Shown: positions 12,048-26,857, counted from the stretch's first letter. The stretch is DNA of 64,000 nt from Eledone cirrhosa (GCA_964016885.1 OZ024745.1:41912001-41976000), one strand, 5' to 3'. Program-made: numbers and translations. Notes: a model not told the origin generated them from the sequence alone.

Positions 12048-15000
12048 CAAGTCATAGATGGCATACGACCGTAGACACAGACTAGTCATAGATGGCATAC
12101 GACCGTAGACACAGACTAGTCATAGATGGTATGCAACAGTAGACACAGACTAGTCATAGATGGTATACAACCGTAGACACAGACAAGTCATAGACGGCAT
12201 ACGACCGTAGACACAAACTAGTCATAGATGGCATACGACTGTAGACACAGACTAGTCATAGATGGCATACGACCGTAGACGCAGACTAGTCATAGATGGC
12301 ATACGACTGTAGACACAGACTAGTCATAGATGGCATACGACCGTAGACACAGACTAGTCATAGATGGTATACAACAGTAGACACAGACTAGTCATAGATG
12401 GTATACAACCGTAGACACAGACAAGTCATAGACGGCATACAACCGTAGACACAGACTAGTCATAGACGGCATACAACTGTAGACACCGACTAGTCATAGA
12501 TGGCATACGACTGTAGACACAGACTAGTCATAGATGGCATACGACCGTAGACGCAGACTAGTCATAGATGGCATACGAATGTAGACACAGACTAATCATA
12601 GATGGCATACGACCGTAGACACTGACTAGTCACATATGGCATACGATCGTACACAGACTAGTCATAGATGGCATACAGCCGTAGACATAGACTAGTCATA
12701 GATGGCATACAGCAGTAGACACAGACTAGTCATAGATGGCATACAACAGTAGACACAGACTAGTCATAAATGGCATACAACAGTATACACAGACAAGTCA
12801 TAGATGGCATACGACCGTAGACACAGACAAGTCATAGATGGCATACGACCGTAGACACAGACAAGTCATAGATGGCATACGACCGTAGACACAGACTAGT
12901 CATAGATGGCATACAACTGTAGACACAGACTAGTCATAGATGGCATACAACAGTAGACACAGACTAGTCATAGATGGCATACAACAGTAGACACAGACTA
13001 GTCATACACGGCATACAACTGTAGACACAGACTAGTCATAGATGGCATACCACCGTAGACACAGACAAGTCATAGATGGCATACGACCGTAGACACAGAC
13101 TAGTCATAGATGGCATACAACAGTAGACACAGACTAGTCATAGATGGCATACAACAGTAGACACAGACTAGTCATAGATGGCATACAACAGTAGACACAT
13201 ACTAGTCATAGATGGCATACAACAGTAGACACAAACTAGTCATAGACGGCATACAACTGTAGACACAGACTAGTCATAGATGGCATACAACAGTAGACAC
13301 AGACTAGTCATAGATGGCATACAACAGTAGACACAGACTAGTCATACACGGCATACAACAGTAGACACAGACAAGTCATAGACGGCATACAACAGTAGAC
13401 ACAGACTAGTCATAGATGGCATACAGCAGTAGACACAGACTAGTCATAGACGGCATACAACAGTAGACACAGACTAGTCATAGATGGCATACAACTGTAG
13501 ACACAGAATAGTCATAGACGGCATACAACTGTAGACATAGACAAGTCATAGATGGCATACAACAGTAGACATAGACTAGTCATAGACGGCATACAACTGT
13601 AGACACAGAATAGTCATAGACGGCATACAACTGTAGACATAGACAAGTCATAGATGGCATACAGCAGTAGACACAGAATAGTCATAGAGGGCATACAACA
13701 GTAGACACAGACAAGTCATATATGGCATACAGCAGTAGACACAGACTAGTCATAGATGGCATACAACTGTAGACACAGACAAGTCATAGATGGCATACAA
13801 CAGTAGACACAGACTAGTCATAGACGGCATACAACTGTAGACACAGAATAGTCATAGACGGCATACAACTGTAGACATAGACAAGTCATAGATGGCATAC
13901 AACTGTAGACACAGACTAGTCATATATGGCATACAGCAGTAGACACAGACTAGTCATAGACGGCATACAGCAGTAGACACAGAATAGTCATAGACGGCAT
14001 ACAACAGTAGACACAGACAAGTCATATATGGCATACAGCAGTAGACACAGACTAGTCATAGATGGCATACAACTGTAGACACAGAATAGTCATAGATGGC
14101 ATACAACAGTAGAAACAGACTAGTGATAGACGGCATACAGCAGTAGACACAGACAAGTCATAGACGGCATACAACAGTAGACACAGACTAGTCATAGATG
14201 GCATACAACTGTAGACACAGAATAGTCATAGACGGCATACAACTGTAGACATAGACAAGTCATAGATGGCATACAGCAGTAGACACAGAATAGTCATAGA
14301 CGGCATACAACAGTAGACACAGACAAGTCATATATGGCATACAGCAGTAGACACAGACTAGTCATAGATGGCATACAGCTGTAGACACAGACAAGTCATA
14401 GATGGCATAAAACAGTAGACACAGACTAGTCATAGACGGCATACAACTGTAGACACAGAATAGTCATAGACGGCATACAACTGTAGACATAGACAAGTCA
14501 TAGATGGCATACAACTGTAGACTCAGACTAGTCATATATGGCATACAGCAGTAGACACAGACTAGTCATAGACGGCATACAACAGTAGACACAGACTAAT
14601 CATAGACGGCATACAACAGTAGACACAGACTAGTCATAGACGGCATACAACTGTAGACACAGACTAGTCATAGACGGCATACAACTGTAGACACAGAATA
14701 GTCATAGACGGCATACAACTGTAGACATAGACAAGTCATAGATGGCATACAACTGTAGACACAGACAAGTCATAGATGGCATACGACCGTAGACACAGAC
14801 AAGTCATAGATGGCATACGACCGTAGACACAGACTAGTCATAGATGGCATACAACAGTAGACACAGACTAGTCATAGATGGCATACAACAGTAGACACAG
14901 ACTAGTCATAGATGGCATACAACAGTAGACACATACTAGTCATAGATGGCATACAACAGTAGACACAAACTAGTCATAGACGGCATACAACTGTAGACAC

Positions 15001-15970
15001 AGACTAGTCATAGATGGCATACAACAGTAGACACAGACTAGTCATAGATGGCATACAACAGTAGACACAGACTAGTCATAGACGGCATACAACAGTAGAC
15101 ACAGACAAGTCATAGACGGCATACAACAGTAGACACAGACTAGTCATAGATGGCATACAGCAGTAGACACAGACTAGTCATAGACGGCATACAACAGTAG
15201 ACACAGACTAGTCATAGACGGCATACAACTGTAGACACAGTCTAGTCATAGACGGCATACAACAGTAGACACAGACTAGTCATAGATGGCATACAACTGT
15301 AGACACAGAATAGTCATAGACGACATACAACTGTAGACACAGAATAGTCATAGACGGCATACAACTGTAGACACAGACAAGTCATAGATGGCATACAACT
15401 GTAGACATAGACAAGTCATAGATGGCATACAACTGTAGACACAGAATAGTCATAGACGGCATACAACAGTAGACACAGACAAGTTATATATGGCATACAG
15501 CAGTAGACACAGACTAGTCATAGACGGCATACAGCAGTAGACATAGACTAGTCATAGATGGCATACAACAGTAGACACAGTCTAGTCATAGATGGCATAC
15601 AACTGTAGACACAGACTAGTCATAGATGGCATACAACAGTAGACACAGAATAGTCATAGATGGCATACAACAGTAGACATAGACAAGTCATAGATGGCAT
15701 ACAACAGTAGACACAGACTAGTCATAGATGGCATACAACAGTAGACATAGACAAGTCATAGATGGCATACAACTGTAGACACAGACTAGTCATAGACGGC
15801 ATACAGTAGTAGACACAGTCTAGTCATAGACGGCATACAACAGTAGACACAGACTAGTCATATACGGCATACAACAGTAGACACAGTCTAGTCATAGATG
15901 GCATACAACAGTAGACACAGTCTAGTCATAGATGGCATACAACAGTAGACACAGTCTCGTCATAGACACA
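12048..15970. repeat. 34-bp satellite array, ~115 copies
   Basis: Unit gtcatagatggcatacaacagtagacacagacta; period 34 (12051, 12085). Confidence 0.97.
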
Positions 15971-16297
15971 TAGAATGACTCAAACTAAATAGAGCAAAAC
16001 ACAGCTATGAACTTACTTTCGCATTTTCTTAGTGTGCCGTTCAAAATTTCGCGGCCCACTTACTAAGATGTCGCGGCACACTGGTTGAGAAACAGTGCCC
16101 TAAAGTTTGCTCTCGGATAACTTTATTCTCGTCTATTTCCTAATGAAGGACTAACGTCCGATACGCTGAAGACACTTGTTTTTGTTTTTTGGAGTTTTTT
16201 CCATTTCATGCAAGCCTTAACCGGATAATAACTTTTGTAATTGTGATATTTTTCATATATATATATATTTACTTACACACACACACACACACACAAT

Positions 16298-16394
<97 letters not shown>

Positions 16395-18040
16395 TCATAT
16401 ATATATATACGTTTGTGCTTGTGGGTATTTGGTGTACGGGTGTGCACTGCATGCTTGGAATGTGCACGTCTGTATGTAACCGCGTATATGTTTTTGTATG
16501 TGGCACTTATCTTCTCTAAGAGTGGACTTCAAAAGGATTTTGTGTGTTTCTAATCTCTTTCAAAACATTTAGTGCTTATGTACAGATTGCATTGCTTTCT
16601 CAGAAAAGGCTCGAAAACAACTTAATATATCGTTAAGATCCTCGGTATAGATTATATTTCGCGGAACTTTTAAGCGCACACACATACACTAACACAGAGG
16701 CGCATTCATATGCATACAAAGCACTTTATAAAACCACATACACATACAGAGACATACGTATATATACATAAACACTTTATATAACTTCAAACACTCATAC
16801 CCAGACACACACACAAACACACACATACATACACTCACACGCACTTCATAAAGCTACATATCGACACACGAACATAATATACTTCGTGAGCAAGCAGAAC
16901 CTACTAGAAATAGCAGCTAAATTCTACCAATATGAAATAGTATTGTGTTTTTAAAAAAAGCATATTTGTCTTATTATCCCCTAAAAATACGAACGGAAAA
17001 TACGTAGCTAGAATGTTTTTGAACATAGATTTACAGTAATGACTGATATTTATTCTCACATGAACTCTTAATATTTTTCTATTAAATGTACACACACTTT
17101 ATGCGTGTGATGTTGTAAGCAGATCTACAGTATAAGGCGTTCTGGTTTATCAGTCAAGTCTTGTTTGATGACAGTGTGAATACACATGTGAAACTCCTGA
17201 GTAACAGGACTATCACGTGGACTTAACAATGAGACTATGATCACGTAGATGCTTACCCATAGAATAGATCAAATCCTTGATTAATATCTGGTGAAATTCT
17301 AGAGTGTGAAACTTATATGCTATGTTTAGTAACATTACTGACGTAACGAACGGAAGGAAAATATATCTCTTTTCTCAATGGGAACCCATCTTTATTCAGC
17401 GGCAGCAGCTTAAAAGTTGCCCCCCCCCCCCCACAGCCCCACACCCCACCCCACCCACACACACACCCATATTCAAACATATATATTTTCATATATGTGT
17501 ATATGTATGCACGTGTGCGTCAACGTTGATTAAAACAAAGCAGGCAAACAACAATTTATAGTTTAGACAGTCCAGGGCATCTTTTTCGCGCGCTCATCCA
17601 CATTTCCGAAAATCTTTCTCCCACTCCCTCACTTCCATCTTTTGCAAAGAAAACACGTACACACAATTCAGATCTTTTTATACAGGGCGCGAGAACGCTG
17701 TTTCGCGCACAGCAAGCTTCCAATGTATTGCCTTGTGTAACCTCAACATAACCACAGGTCTCCCCCACTTTCCCTATTTTTACTTGTAAACACTAATCGC
17801 ACTTGAAATCTAGCTTAGACGATCAGGATGACTGTTAGAATAAATAAATAAACTACTTTCCACCAACGCATCTTTCTTACGACAAAACAGTTTCACTAAA
17901 TGAATTTATGAATAAAGGCATAATAAGAACAATGAATTTATTTATGGCTAAACGACATATTAAGCTATTATGTTTATTTATGGCTGACGACATATTAACA
18001 CTAACATCCGTAAGGCTTGGTTTATTGTTTGTTTCGCGTG

Positions 18041-18131
<91 letters not shown>

Positions 18132-18132
18132 G

Positions 18133-18175
<43 letters not shown>

Positions 18176-18340
18176 TACATGTATGAGAGAGAGAGGGTGT
18201 GTGGGGAGAATATTTTTATTTGTACATATTCCTTGTAATATTATGAATTGATGAATTTATTCTTTGTCTTTCCTCTTATTCAATATTGTTTAAACGAATT
18301 CGTATTATTTTCATTTCAGTATTTAGATTCGTTTACCACG

Positions 18341-18480
18341 TTTTGAGTTCATATTTCACCAAGATGACATTAAATCCCGCCAAGGTTAACTTTGCTTTTC
18401 ATCCTTACGGGGTTGATAAAACAAAGCACCCGTAATACACTGGGATAATTGCTGGCTTTGTGCCAAAAGGAGAAACAATT
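18341..18480 (+). mobile_element. SINE family 1, partial
   Basis: aaatcccgccaaggttaactttgcttttcatccttacggggttgataaa..ctttgtgccaaaaggagaaacaatt. Confidence 0.8.
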
Positions 18481-19258
18481 ATTTGTCATTCTGTGGCCAA
18501 TTAAATATGTTATCTCTGATTCCAACGGGCGATTCATTTGATATTTCTTCATTCAGCTCATATTTTTTAGGCATTCGAAAAGCAACAGACGAATTTACTT
18601 TCATGTGATTTTATATTTACCTAATCGTTAATCATCTGTAAAGTCTTCTTTTGAATAACGATATAAGAAGCCAATTGTAGGTATTCATAGACATCAACTA
18701 GCTTTCTTTTGTCCTATCTACGTTATACATATTTTGTAGAGATAATGAAGCACGTTGCTAAAGCTCTTTGTCCAGAAACAAAGCCATTGAAGATAGTCAT
18801 AAATTATATTAAAACAGTAAAAACATGTAAGGCGTGATAGCTAGGATTACCATTGATCGACAAGTTCATAAAATGTTCAAATCAAAAGAATTACAAATAA
18901 CAATGTCAGAACACGAAAGACAAGCAATTGGAAAGGAAAATCATGGACCATTGAAGTAAAGACAATCTTTAATTAATAGTATAATTAATTAATGAGTGTG
19001 AAACACTTCATTGCATAAATAGAAAGCAAAATATCTCAGCAACTCTACTTCTTTTATTCTCTTTCAGCTCAGAGACACAAAAGGAAAGCTTGTTGCAATA
19101 TAATGGTTGCCTCTTAACCACACATACACACACACAAAAATATACACACGCATACATACTTACACAAACAAATATGTTTACGGTCTTAACTTATATAATA
19201 AATTGGTGATGTGATATTTTTGTATTGTTAGGTAGTAGCAAAACGGAAATCTAAAATG

Positions 19259-19521
19259 TTAAAGTCTGTCTTGAGCCCGGATGTTCATCAGGCCGTTGTT
19301 TCTCCCAGTTTATGTGGCCTGAAGCGACTGAGAGTACAATACATCCCGCTGGACAGTACGCCAGTCCATCGCAGGGTTAAACTCTCAGCTATTGCTGATA
19401 CTCGTTTTCAGGTGAGTATACTGGAGCAACGTGAAATGAAGTATTTTGCTCAGTCCAGGAATCGAACCCACGACTTTATGATTATAAGCCCAACATCCTT
19501 AACATTAGGCCATGGGCATCC
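19259..19521 (-). mobile_element. tRNA-derived SINE family 2
   Basis: Minus strand: tggcctaatgttaagg (A box), ggttcgattcc (B box), tttcacgttgctccag, aaccctgcgatggactggcg; homologous to 56788-57042. Confidence 0.82.
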
Positions 19522-20649
19522 ACAAAACCAAACCAGAAATGCCATTCTTCAACAAAACGTTGCACATTTCTCCTTGTTATTTATTCGTATGGTTAATATT
19601 TATTGAAAAATACTTACCTTATTAGTTTGCATTTTTTTTCAACCAAAAATAGACACAGCTGTTTCCAGTGGTTTTACAGAAAATAACTTTCTCGATGTAA
19701 CAAGATACAACACCACCAGGCATTTAGAAATATACATTCTTTAGACTAAACAATGTACTTCATTACCAACTGGTTTTTAATGTGACCTGTAATTTAGCAC
19801 ATGTAATTTAGTTGACCACATCCCGAAGTATTCTCTTTGACTGAAAAAAACCAACACCTAAACATTTCTGAAAATTTCCAGTGGTTTCGTTTCATTCAGT
19901 TATATGATTAGAACAATCCAGATGAAATTGAGTAATGTTTGATATGTTGGATGTATCATTCGTTCATATCATTTTAGCATAATTTTCTTCTACCTATTCC
20001 CATATACATCACCTACTTATGAAGAATGATTTTTGAAGAAGACGATATGTGTACTGGATTAAACGCTGCACAATAATTGATGGCCGCTGTCTCAAAATCA
20101 CCCTGAGAGAAATAGTGGGGAATATAAATCTATATGCACACAATTAGACAAATTTGTTTTGAGAGATGGCTAAGAAAGTAATTCTCAAATCTACGTTTTT
20201 CTTCATTCCTATGTTTAAATTTGGCGTTCATCAACGTAGGCGTCTTCCTAGACGTTGATAAATACCAGTTATATCTTGGGGTAAGACACATCTCTAATCT
20301 TTATTTAATATAGATTAAAGTGGTTCGCTGTAGATAAAAGAGAAGATTCATTATACTGAATAATGGTGGCAAAGAATTGGTGAAAAGGTACTTGAAATGT
20401 TGATTGTGGTTATATAGATCACAATAAGATCATAACTGAACAGAAAGTTAGTAATAAGCACAGATACGAAAAGATCAATAAAAACTGCTGTGGTATTTAT
20501 TATAGAGATCGATTATTATCGGAACAGAACAAAGATGAAATCAATAGAAGTAATACAGTTGGCTGTTTAATTTAGAGCAAGTGATTCGATTGTTATACAA
20601 TCGATAAAGATTAGACTGGGTATAATAAAATCTTAGATAAGGTCAATAC

Positions 20650-21060
20650 AGGTGATGTTGATGCTATTGTTGATGATGTTGTTCTTGACAATGATGATGA
20701 TGATGATAATGTTGGTGGTGGTGGTGGTGGTGGTGGTGGTGGTGGTGGGAATGGGGTTGACGATGATGATGATGATGTCGATGATGACGACAACGATGAT
20801 AATGACGATGACAATGATGATGATGTTGATATTTGTTATGGTGAGGAAGTGGATGGGGATGGTTATGGTGGTGATGAAATGATGAGGATGAGAATGGTGC
20901 TGATGTCGACGACGACGATGATGATGATGATGATGGTGGTGATATTGATGACGTTGACTTTGACGAGGATGATAATGATGACAGATAGTGCTAATGATAA
21001 TGATAATTACAATGACCATAATGCTGACGAAGTGTATGATGACAGTGATGGCGAAGCGGA
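20650..21060. repeat. Compound (ATG)n/(GTG)n trinucleotide microsatellite
   Basis: Degenerate gat/ggt/gac triplets; explains the poly-M/V/H/P ORFs. Confidence 0.92.
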
Positions 21061-21242
21061 TAATAATGTCGAGGGCTTGAGTAATGGGGCAATCATGATT
21101 TCTATAATCTTGATATTATTATGAGATTATGAGTGAAGATTATAACGAATGTTATTGGATAAAGAACAAAGTGAATATAAAGATCTCAATTACATCAACA
21201 TACGATAGTTGATATTGCTATTTGATGAGAGAAAGAGAGCGT

Positions 21243-21308
<66 letters not shown>

Positions 21309-21449
21309 CCCCCCCCCCCCACACACACACACACACCAAACACACATACACTTATAAATCATAAAATATAACAGTTACTTATATGTTTCGCCTTTAAGGT
21401 GTGTGCGTAATCTGTTCGAGTTCTAAATGTTGGCATTGATTTCGATATA

Positions 21450-21912
21450 TACACAAACACAATAACAACAAACACATATAAACACACACTAGTAAACTAA
21501 GATAGAATACAATAACCAAAACACAGTCACCCAAACGCGAACACACACACCAAACACTATACAAACATGCAAACGCATGCGCAGAGGAGAAGACAAAAAT
21601 AAAATAAATAAATAAACAGATAAAATTAAAATGGCGTAGACATACAATACAACAGGAGGAACATAATAATACCACTGATGATGTTCCAGATGTGCAACGA
21701 AAGAACTTTGTTAGACTATATATATGTATTTATATCTATATTATATCTGTATTTTTGACTGTTGGTCAGTCAATGATAAACATTGAGGACCAAATGAATT
21801 AACTGTGGAGATATAAAAAGATACAGAAGCGAGAACCAACCAAACAGTGAGTGTGTTCTGTTATTATTTCTGGAAATATTATCACAACAATATGACCCTC
21901 CCCAAGTATAAC
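21450..21912 (+). mobile_element. Family C hammerhead element (copy 1)
   Basis: tacca-CTGATGA-t-gttcca-gatg-tgcaac-GAAA at 21670-21702; conserved 3' end tatgaccctccccaagtata before (TA)n. Confidence 0.78.
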
Positions 21913-21989
21913 AATATATATATCTATATACCAATTTATATATATATATATACCAATTTATGACAAGCATGAAGCCAGTTTTTCACGAA

Positions 21990-22250
21990 AGTGATTAACG
22001 AATCCCATCTACCCCGATTTTAAAATCCAAGTGACCCTTCTCCTGCCAATCAATGTCGTATTGGATGGCCGTTCATTTTCCTGAGTTTCTCCGCCCTCTG
22101 AGGGGTTTTCATTTTCCTCTTCAGTGTCCAAAAATTCCCCTCCTCACGAAGCACTCTTGGGAACGTTGCCGTTTGGTCGCCGATGACCCGTCCATGTAAT
22201 ATATTGTTCTGGATTACATGTTACCAATAGTGCTCCAGAGTGACCTGACA
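21990..22250 (-). mobile_element. Degenerate repeat related to 37020-37230 (probable LINE 5' UTR)
   Basis: Shared blocks ttggatggcc, tgtccaaa, cctcctcac, gacccg.ccatg, tacatgtta.ca.tag, cctgacat. Confidence 0.5.
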
Positions 22251-22288
22251 TTATATGATACAGTCACCGACAATATTACACACACATA

Positions 22289-22362
<74 letters not shown>

Positions 22363-22419
22363 TACATATAGGGTGTGTGTGTATGTGTGTGTGTGCGTTA
22401 GACGGGCTTCTAGACAACA

Positions 22420-22985
22420 ACACCCAAACAAACAACATTGACCTAAGAGAAGTATAAATAAGTAAATAAAATAAAATAAAATAAGATAAATAAATACATA
22501 CACAAGCACAATAACAACAAGCACATAAACACACACTAGTCACCCAGCAGACACAACACTATACACACTAGTCACACATCACACATAACACTATACACAC
22601 ACGCAAACGCATGCGCAAAGAAGACAAAATAAAATAAGATAAACAAACAAGCAAATAAATAAATAAATATATAGACAGACTGAATAAAAATAAAAAAATG
22701 GCGTAGACATACAACACAACAGGAGGAACAATGAATATAACACCACTGACGATGTTGCAGATGTGCAACGAAAGATTTATGTAAATTATGTAAACTATAT
22801 ATATGTGTTTGTGCCTATATTGTATCTGTATTATTTTTGACCGCCGGTCAGTCAATGGCAACATTGAGGACCGAGTAAGTTAGATCACAGATATAAAAGA
22901 CAGCGAGAAGCGAAAACCAACAGTGAGTGTGTTCTGTTATTAATTCTGGCAATATTACGCAAATATGACCCTCCCCAAATATAAC
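22420..22985 (+). mobile_element. Family C copy 2
   Basis: CTGACGA-t-gttgca-gatg-tgcaac-GAAA-gatt-TA at 22746-22779; same 3' end. Confidence 0.78.
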
Positions 22986-22986
22986 T

Positions 22987-23064
<78 letters not shown>

Positions 23065-23485
23065 TCACAAACACATACACGCACACAAACACAAATATAT
23101 GGCAGATAGATAATGTGTCTGTAAGTATGTTCATCTGTGTGTGAGTAAATGTTTGCATACATAGAGTGAAATAGAGGGAGATGGATATAATATTCATAGT
23201 TCGACATTTTGGCTTTGCAACCACGTAGTCACGGGTTCTGGCCCACTGCGAAGCATCTTGGTCAAGGCTTCACCAAGTGGAAACTGTTAGAGACAAATTG
23301 TCTAGAAGCCCGTCTAACGCACACACACACATACACACACACACACCCTATATGTATGTGTGTGTATATATATATATATACATTTACATATATATATATA
23401 CATATTTATATATGTGTGTGTGTGTGTGTGTGCCTGTGTGTGTATGTATGTTTATATATATATATATATGTCTGTGTGTGTATGT

Positions 23486-23535
<50 letters not shown>

Positions 23536-24344
23536 TGAATCTTATTGTCCTTTCAGCTAACCTATATGGTGAATAAATATCGCGTGTAGTGTTATGGCTT
23601 AATCGTTATATGTAAAGAAAGATACTGGAAGTCTGACAAAACTACAAAATCCAACTGATCTATTTTGTTACTAGTTTCGCTGTTGGCTGTCCATAAACAT
23701 ACAAACGGTCGAGTTGTGTAGATATCTTTCAATTTCAGTTGATGTTTGTTATAATTTGTTTCATTTATTACTTCTTTGCTCAATCAATAAATCTAAAAGA
23801 CACTTCAAAGTGACAAATGCCCATGGGTTCTATTTTTTAGATTTGAACGTTTGACGTGCAGTTTCTTATTTTAAGACGGTGAACACGGGACAAAGATATC
23901 ATTATTTTAATTCAGTGAAGGATGTCATATAATTATAGGACCCTCATGGTTATGCAGTAAGATGTTAATATTTTGGCTTAGCGTTACCTCAGCCATGACG
24001 CAAGCAGACCCATCATTAAAGGTACTCTATTCATACTACTCTAGTCTTTCGTAAATGCTATAAAGTTGACTACATACATAATATTTCATAAAATCCAAAA
24101 ATATTTTAACCTCACCGTTATCAGTGACAATCTTTTTGCTATGTTCTTAACACTTATTAGCTCTCTCAAGGCAAAGTATCTCACAAAGCGATGTGTGCTA
24201 TGTAGTCATGCCTTCTCTTGTACGCTCTTTGGGTTTGGAGCACTCGCTTATTATGTGGCTTATAGTCTCTCCCAAAGCTCCAAACATCTTACACAAAGAG
24301 AGAATCACTAGTCTTATCAATATGGTACTTGACATAATTTGTCC

Positions 24345-26298
24345 TCAAGGGCTGCTCAAATACTCTGTCTAAAATTTCTTCATTTTCCCTTCCTTGATTT
24401 TATCAGCTTCCAGTATTCCTAGGTATGTATATCCTGCATGTTTAACATCTTTCATGACCTGACCATCCACCTACACAATCCCATCAGTTGCTATTTATTA
24501 CCTTCCTCTTCTTCATTATCAATATTCCACACTTGTTGATTTCAAATTCCATTCTTATATCATTGCTGAACATGTGTACTATGTTGACTAAGGAGCCAAT
24601 CTGATCTCGCTGTGTTCAAAGGAGCTGAAGATAATCCATAAAGAGTAGATGATTGACCTTTACACTCATTCTACCATTTGATAGCCCAAAGCTGTCTTTC
24701 TCAACAGAAGAGACTATGGAACCATACATAACAAAAAGAGCAATGGGAAAGACAGTCACCTTGGAATATGCTTCTCTTGATCTTCCCTTCTCCAAGCGCC
24801 TCACCAAATGATGTCAATTCTGTTTTCCAGCTCCTCATATTACTACCGATAAACCCCACTATGTTATTTGCGACTCCAAATAGATTCATGAATTCTATAA
24901 TCCAAGTGTGCTAGACCATGTCCTATGCTTTTTTTATAGTTTACCCAAGCAATTACTAAGTTGGTTATGTTTCCTACTACAATCTTTCAATATCAATTTG
25001 TCAATTAGGAGTTTATCGCTTGTTCCTCTGCCTCTCTTCCCCTAATTATATTCCTTCTTTATCAAGAAACTCATACATACCTTCAGCCACAACACTTGCT
25101 ATCAACTTCCTCATTAGAGGAAGGCAAGATATTGGGTGAAAGGTTTCCCTCGCTAGAACTTTCAAACACAAAACAGTACTTCCTCTAGACATACAATTGG
25201 AAATTGATTGTTCACCATCTAGTATGTAATTCATTTCAATCACAATTTCAGTACAGGACTGTTAGCTTCGTCAGCCAGAAACCTTGACCTCCATCAGGCC
25301 CATGAGCTTACGACTTTCTTTCATTGTGTTGCTACCATCTCTCTTGTAATCTTGATGTTTTCCTGTTTTCTATACCTTTTTTCTCTGAATTTCTCCAGCC
25401 AGTCTGCCTCACCATTATTTTATTTCTCCACATTCCATACACTATTCCAAAATATTTTGTTATCATCTGCCTTGGGGATGAGTATATCATATCACATCTC
25501 ACCATTTAATTCTTGATACAACTTTTTCTGGTCGACGTTAAATGTTGTTTAATCTATTATAGCTTTGTGCGTTGTTTACATATTCGGATTTTGGCAGACT
25601 TTGCAACAATTCTTTGTTGGATTTCTTCCATAACTGAGTCTACACCTTTCCTTTTGATGTATCTCTTTTCTATTTCCTGATTCTTTCCGGCTTTTATTAT
25701 ATGTCCCTTATTGGTTTTTTCCGAAATATTCAAATCTCGACTCAACAATTTCAAGCCCCCTTCTATTCACCTCTTCCACCATGGGTCTTTATTTTGTGAT
25801 GTTTTTGTTGTATTATATATTTCTAATTTCTTTGCAGTGTAGATGAGGCCAAAATTAAATCAGTGTTGTCACTAATATTCTCTGTTCAAACATGTCCAAT
25901 AAATAGATTTATCTTTGTTGTCACTGCAGTTAATTTACCTTGATCGACTTTTTTAAATGACTTTGTTGTGCTGAACTCCGTTTTCTTCATCAGTTCAACA
26001 ATTCTTTTTAGCTTTCCCTGCTCTTCCTTTGACAGTTGGTCATTTCTTTCTATTTAAACTACTCTTTCTATATGCTCCACCTCATCCCGTGTTGTTTATA
26101 TACTTTCTTCAGGAGTCACCAGCACACCATGGGTGTCAATTGTTGGTATGATTTTTTTCATTACTCCTATCTTCGACAATTTCCCTTCTTATTGATTCTA
26201 ACTCTAAGTCAGAATTTCTTTATTGCCCTGGCCTGATCTCACATTCTTTGTTCGGTGGCTGGAAACAACCCTATATATGATGCATTTGCTGTCTGTAC
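24345..26298 (-). mobile_element. R4/Dong-like (RLE-type) LINE, decayed RT region
   Basis: Frameshifted peptides SWKTELT..IKRSIFQGDCLS, KVNHLLFMDYLQL, PISCLPLMRKL and GYTYLGILEADKIK; 5' flank is a (TAA)n tract. Confidence 0.88.
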
Positions 26299-26785
26299 CT
26301 TTTTATTATTATTATTATTCTTATTCTCCTTATTATTATTATTATGGCTTTCAAACCAACGAAAATATTCTCGTCTCACTCTAGTATAGAGATCATCAAG
26401 AACTGGTCTTTGTCCAAAAGTCCAGCCTTATAAGAGGCGTAATTCATGGCATATAAATAGGATTTATTTCCCTTTAAAAGACGAAAATTAGAAAATCTTA
26501 ATAGTATGAGTCACAAAGAGAAAATCGGTGAAAAAGTAAAGGAAATTAAAAAATAAATAAAAGAGAAAGAGAAGAAAAATGGAAATAAAAAGAACATCGA
26601 AGAAAACAATAGGAAAGGGAAATATAAATACGAGAATAAGATTAAGAAAAAAAATACATCAAGGATAATTTATGTTCTAGAACCTAGCTGGATTCTGGTA
26701 AAGGTCTCAGGAGAGTCAGCTAATAAACTACATACTCAGAATAAGACATCTATAAAAATGCATCTATAAACACACACACACACAT

Positions 26786-26857
<72 letters not shown>

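Larger units (their letters stand above)
11529..16097. mobile_element. Non-autonomous hAT (Charlie-type) DNA transposon filled with tandem arrays
   Basis: Perfect 8-bp TSD ccctaaag at 11521-11528 and 16098-16105 (central TA). Termini cagtggttcacaa / ttgagaaacagtg. ggcacac subterminal motifs at both ends. Confidence 0.88.

Noticed and set aside
12048-15970. CRISPR-like array
   Set aside because: Contiguous 34-bp units with no unique spacers, no cas genes, and a eukaryotic context; it is a satellite.
19285-19291. CTGATGA on the minus strand in the SINE 2 tail (also + strand at 35221)
   Set aside because: No stem II followed by GAAA, so not a hammerhead.
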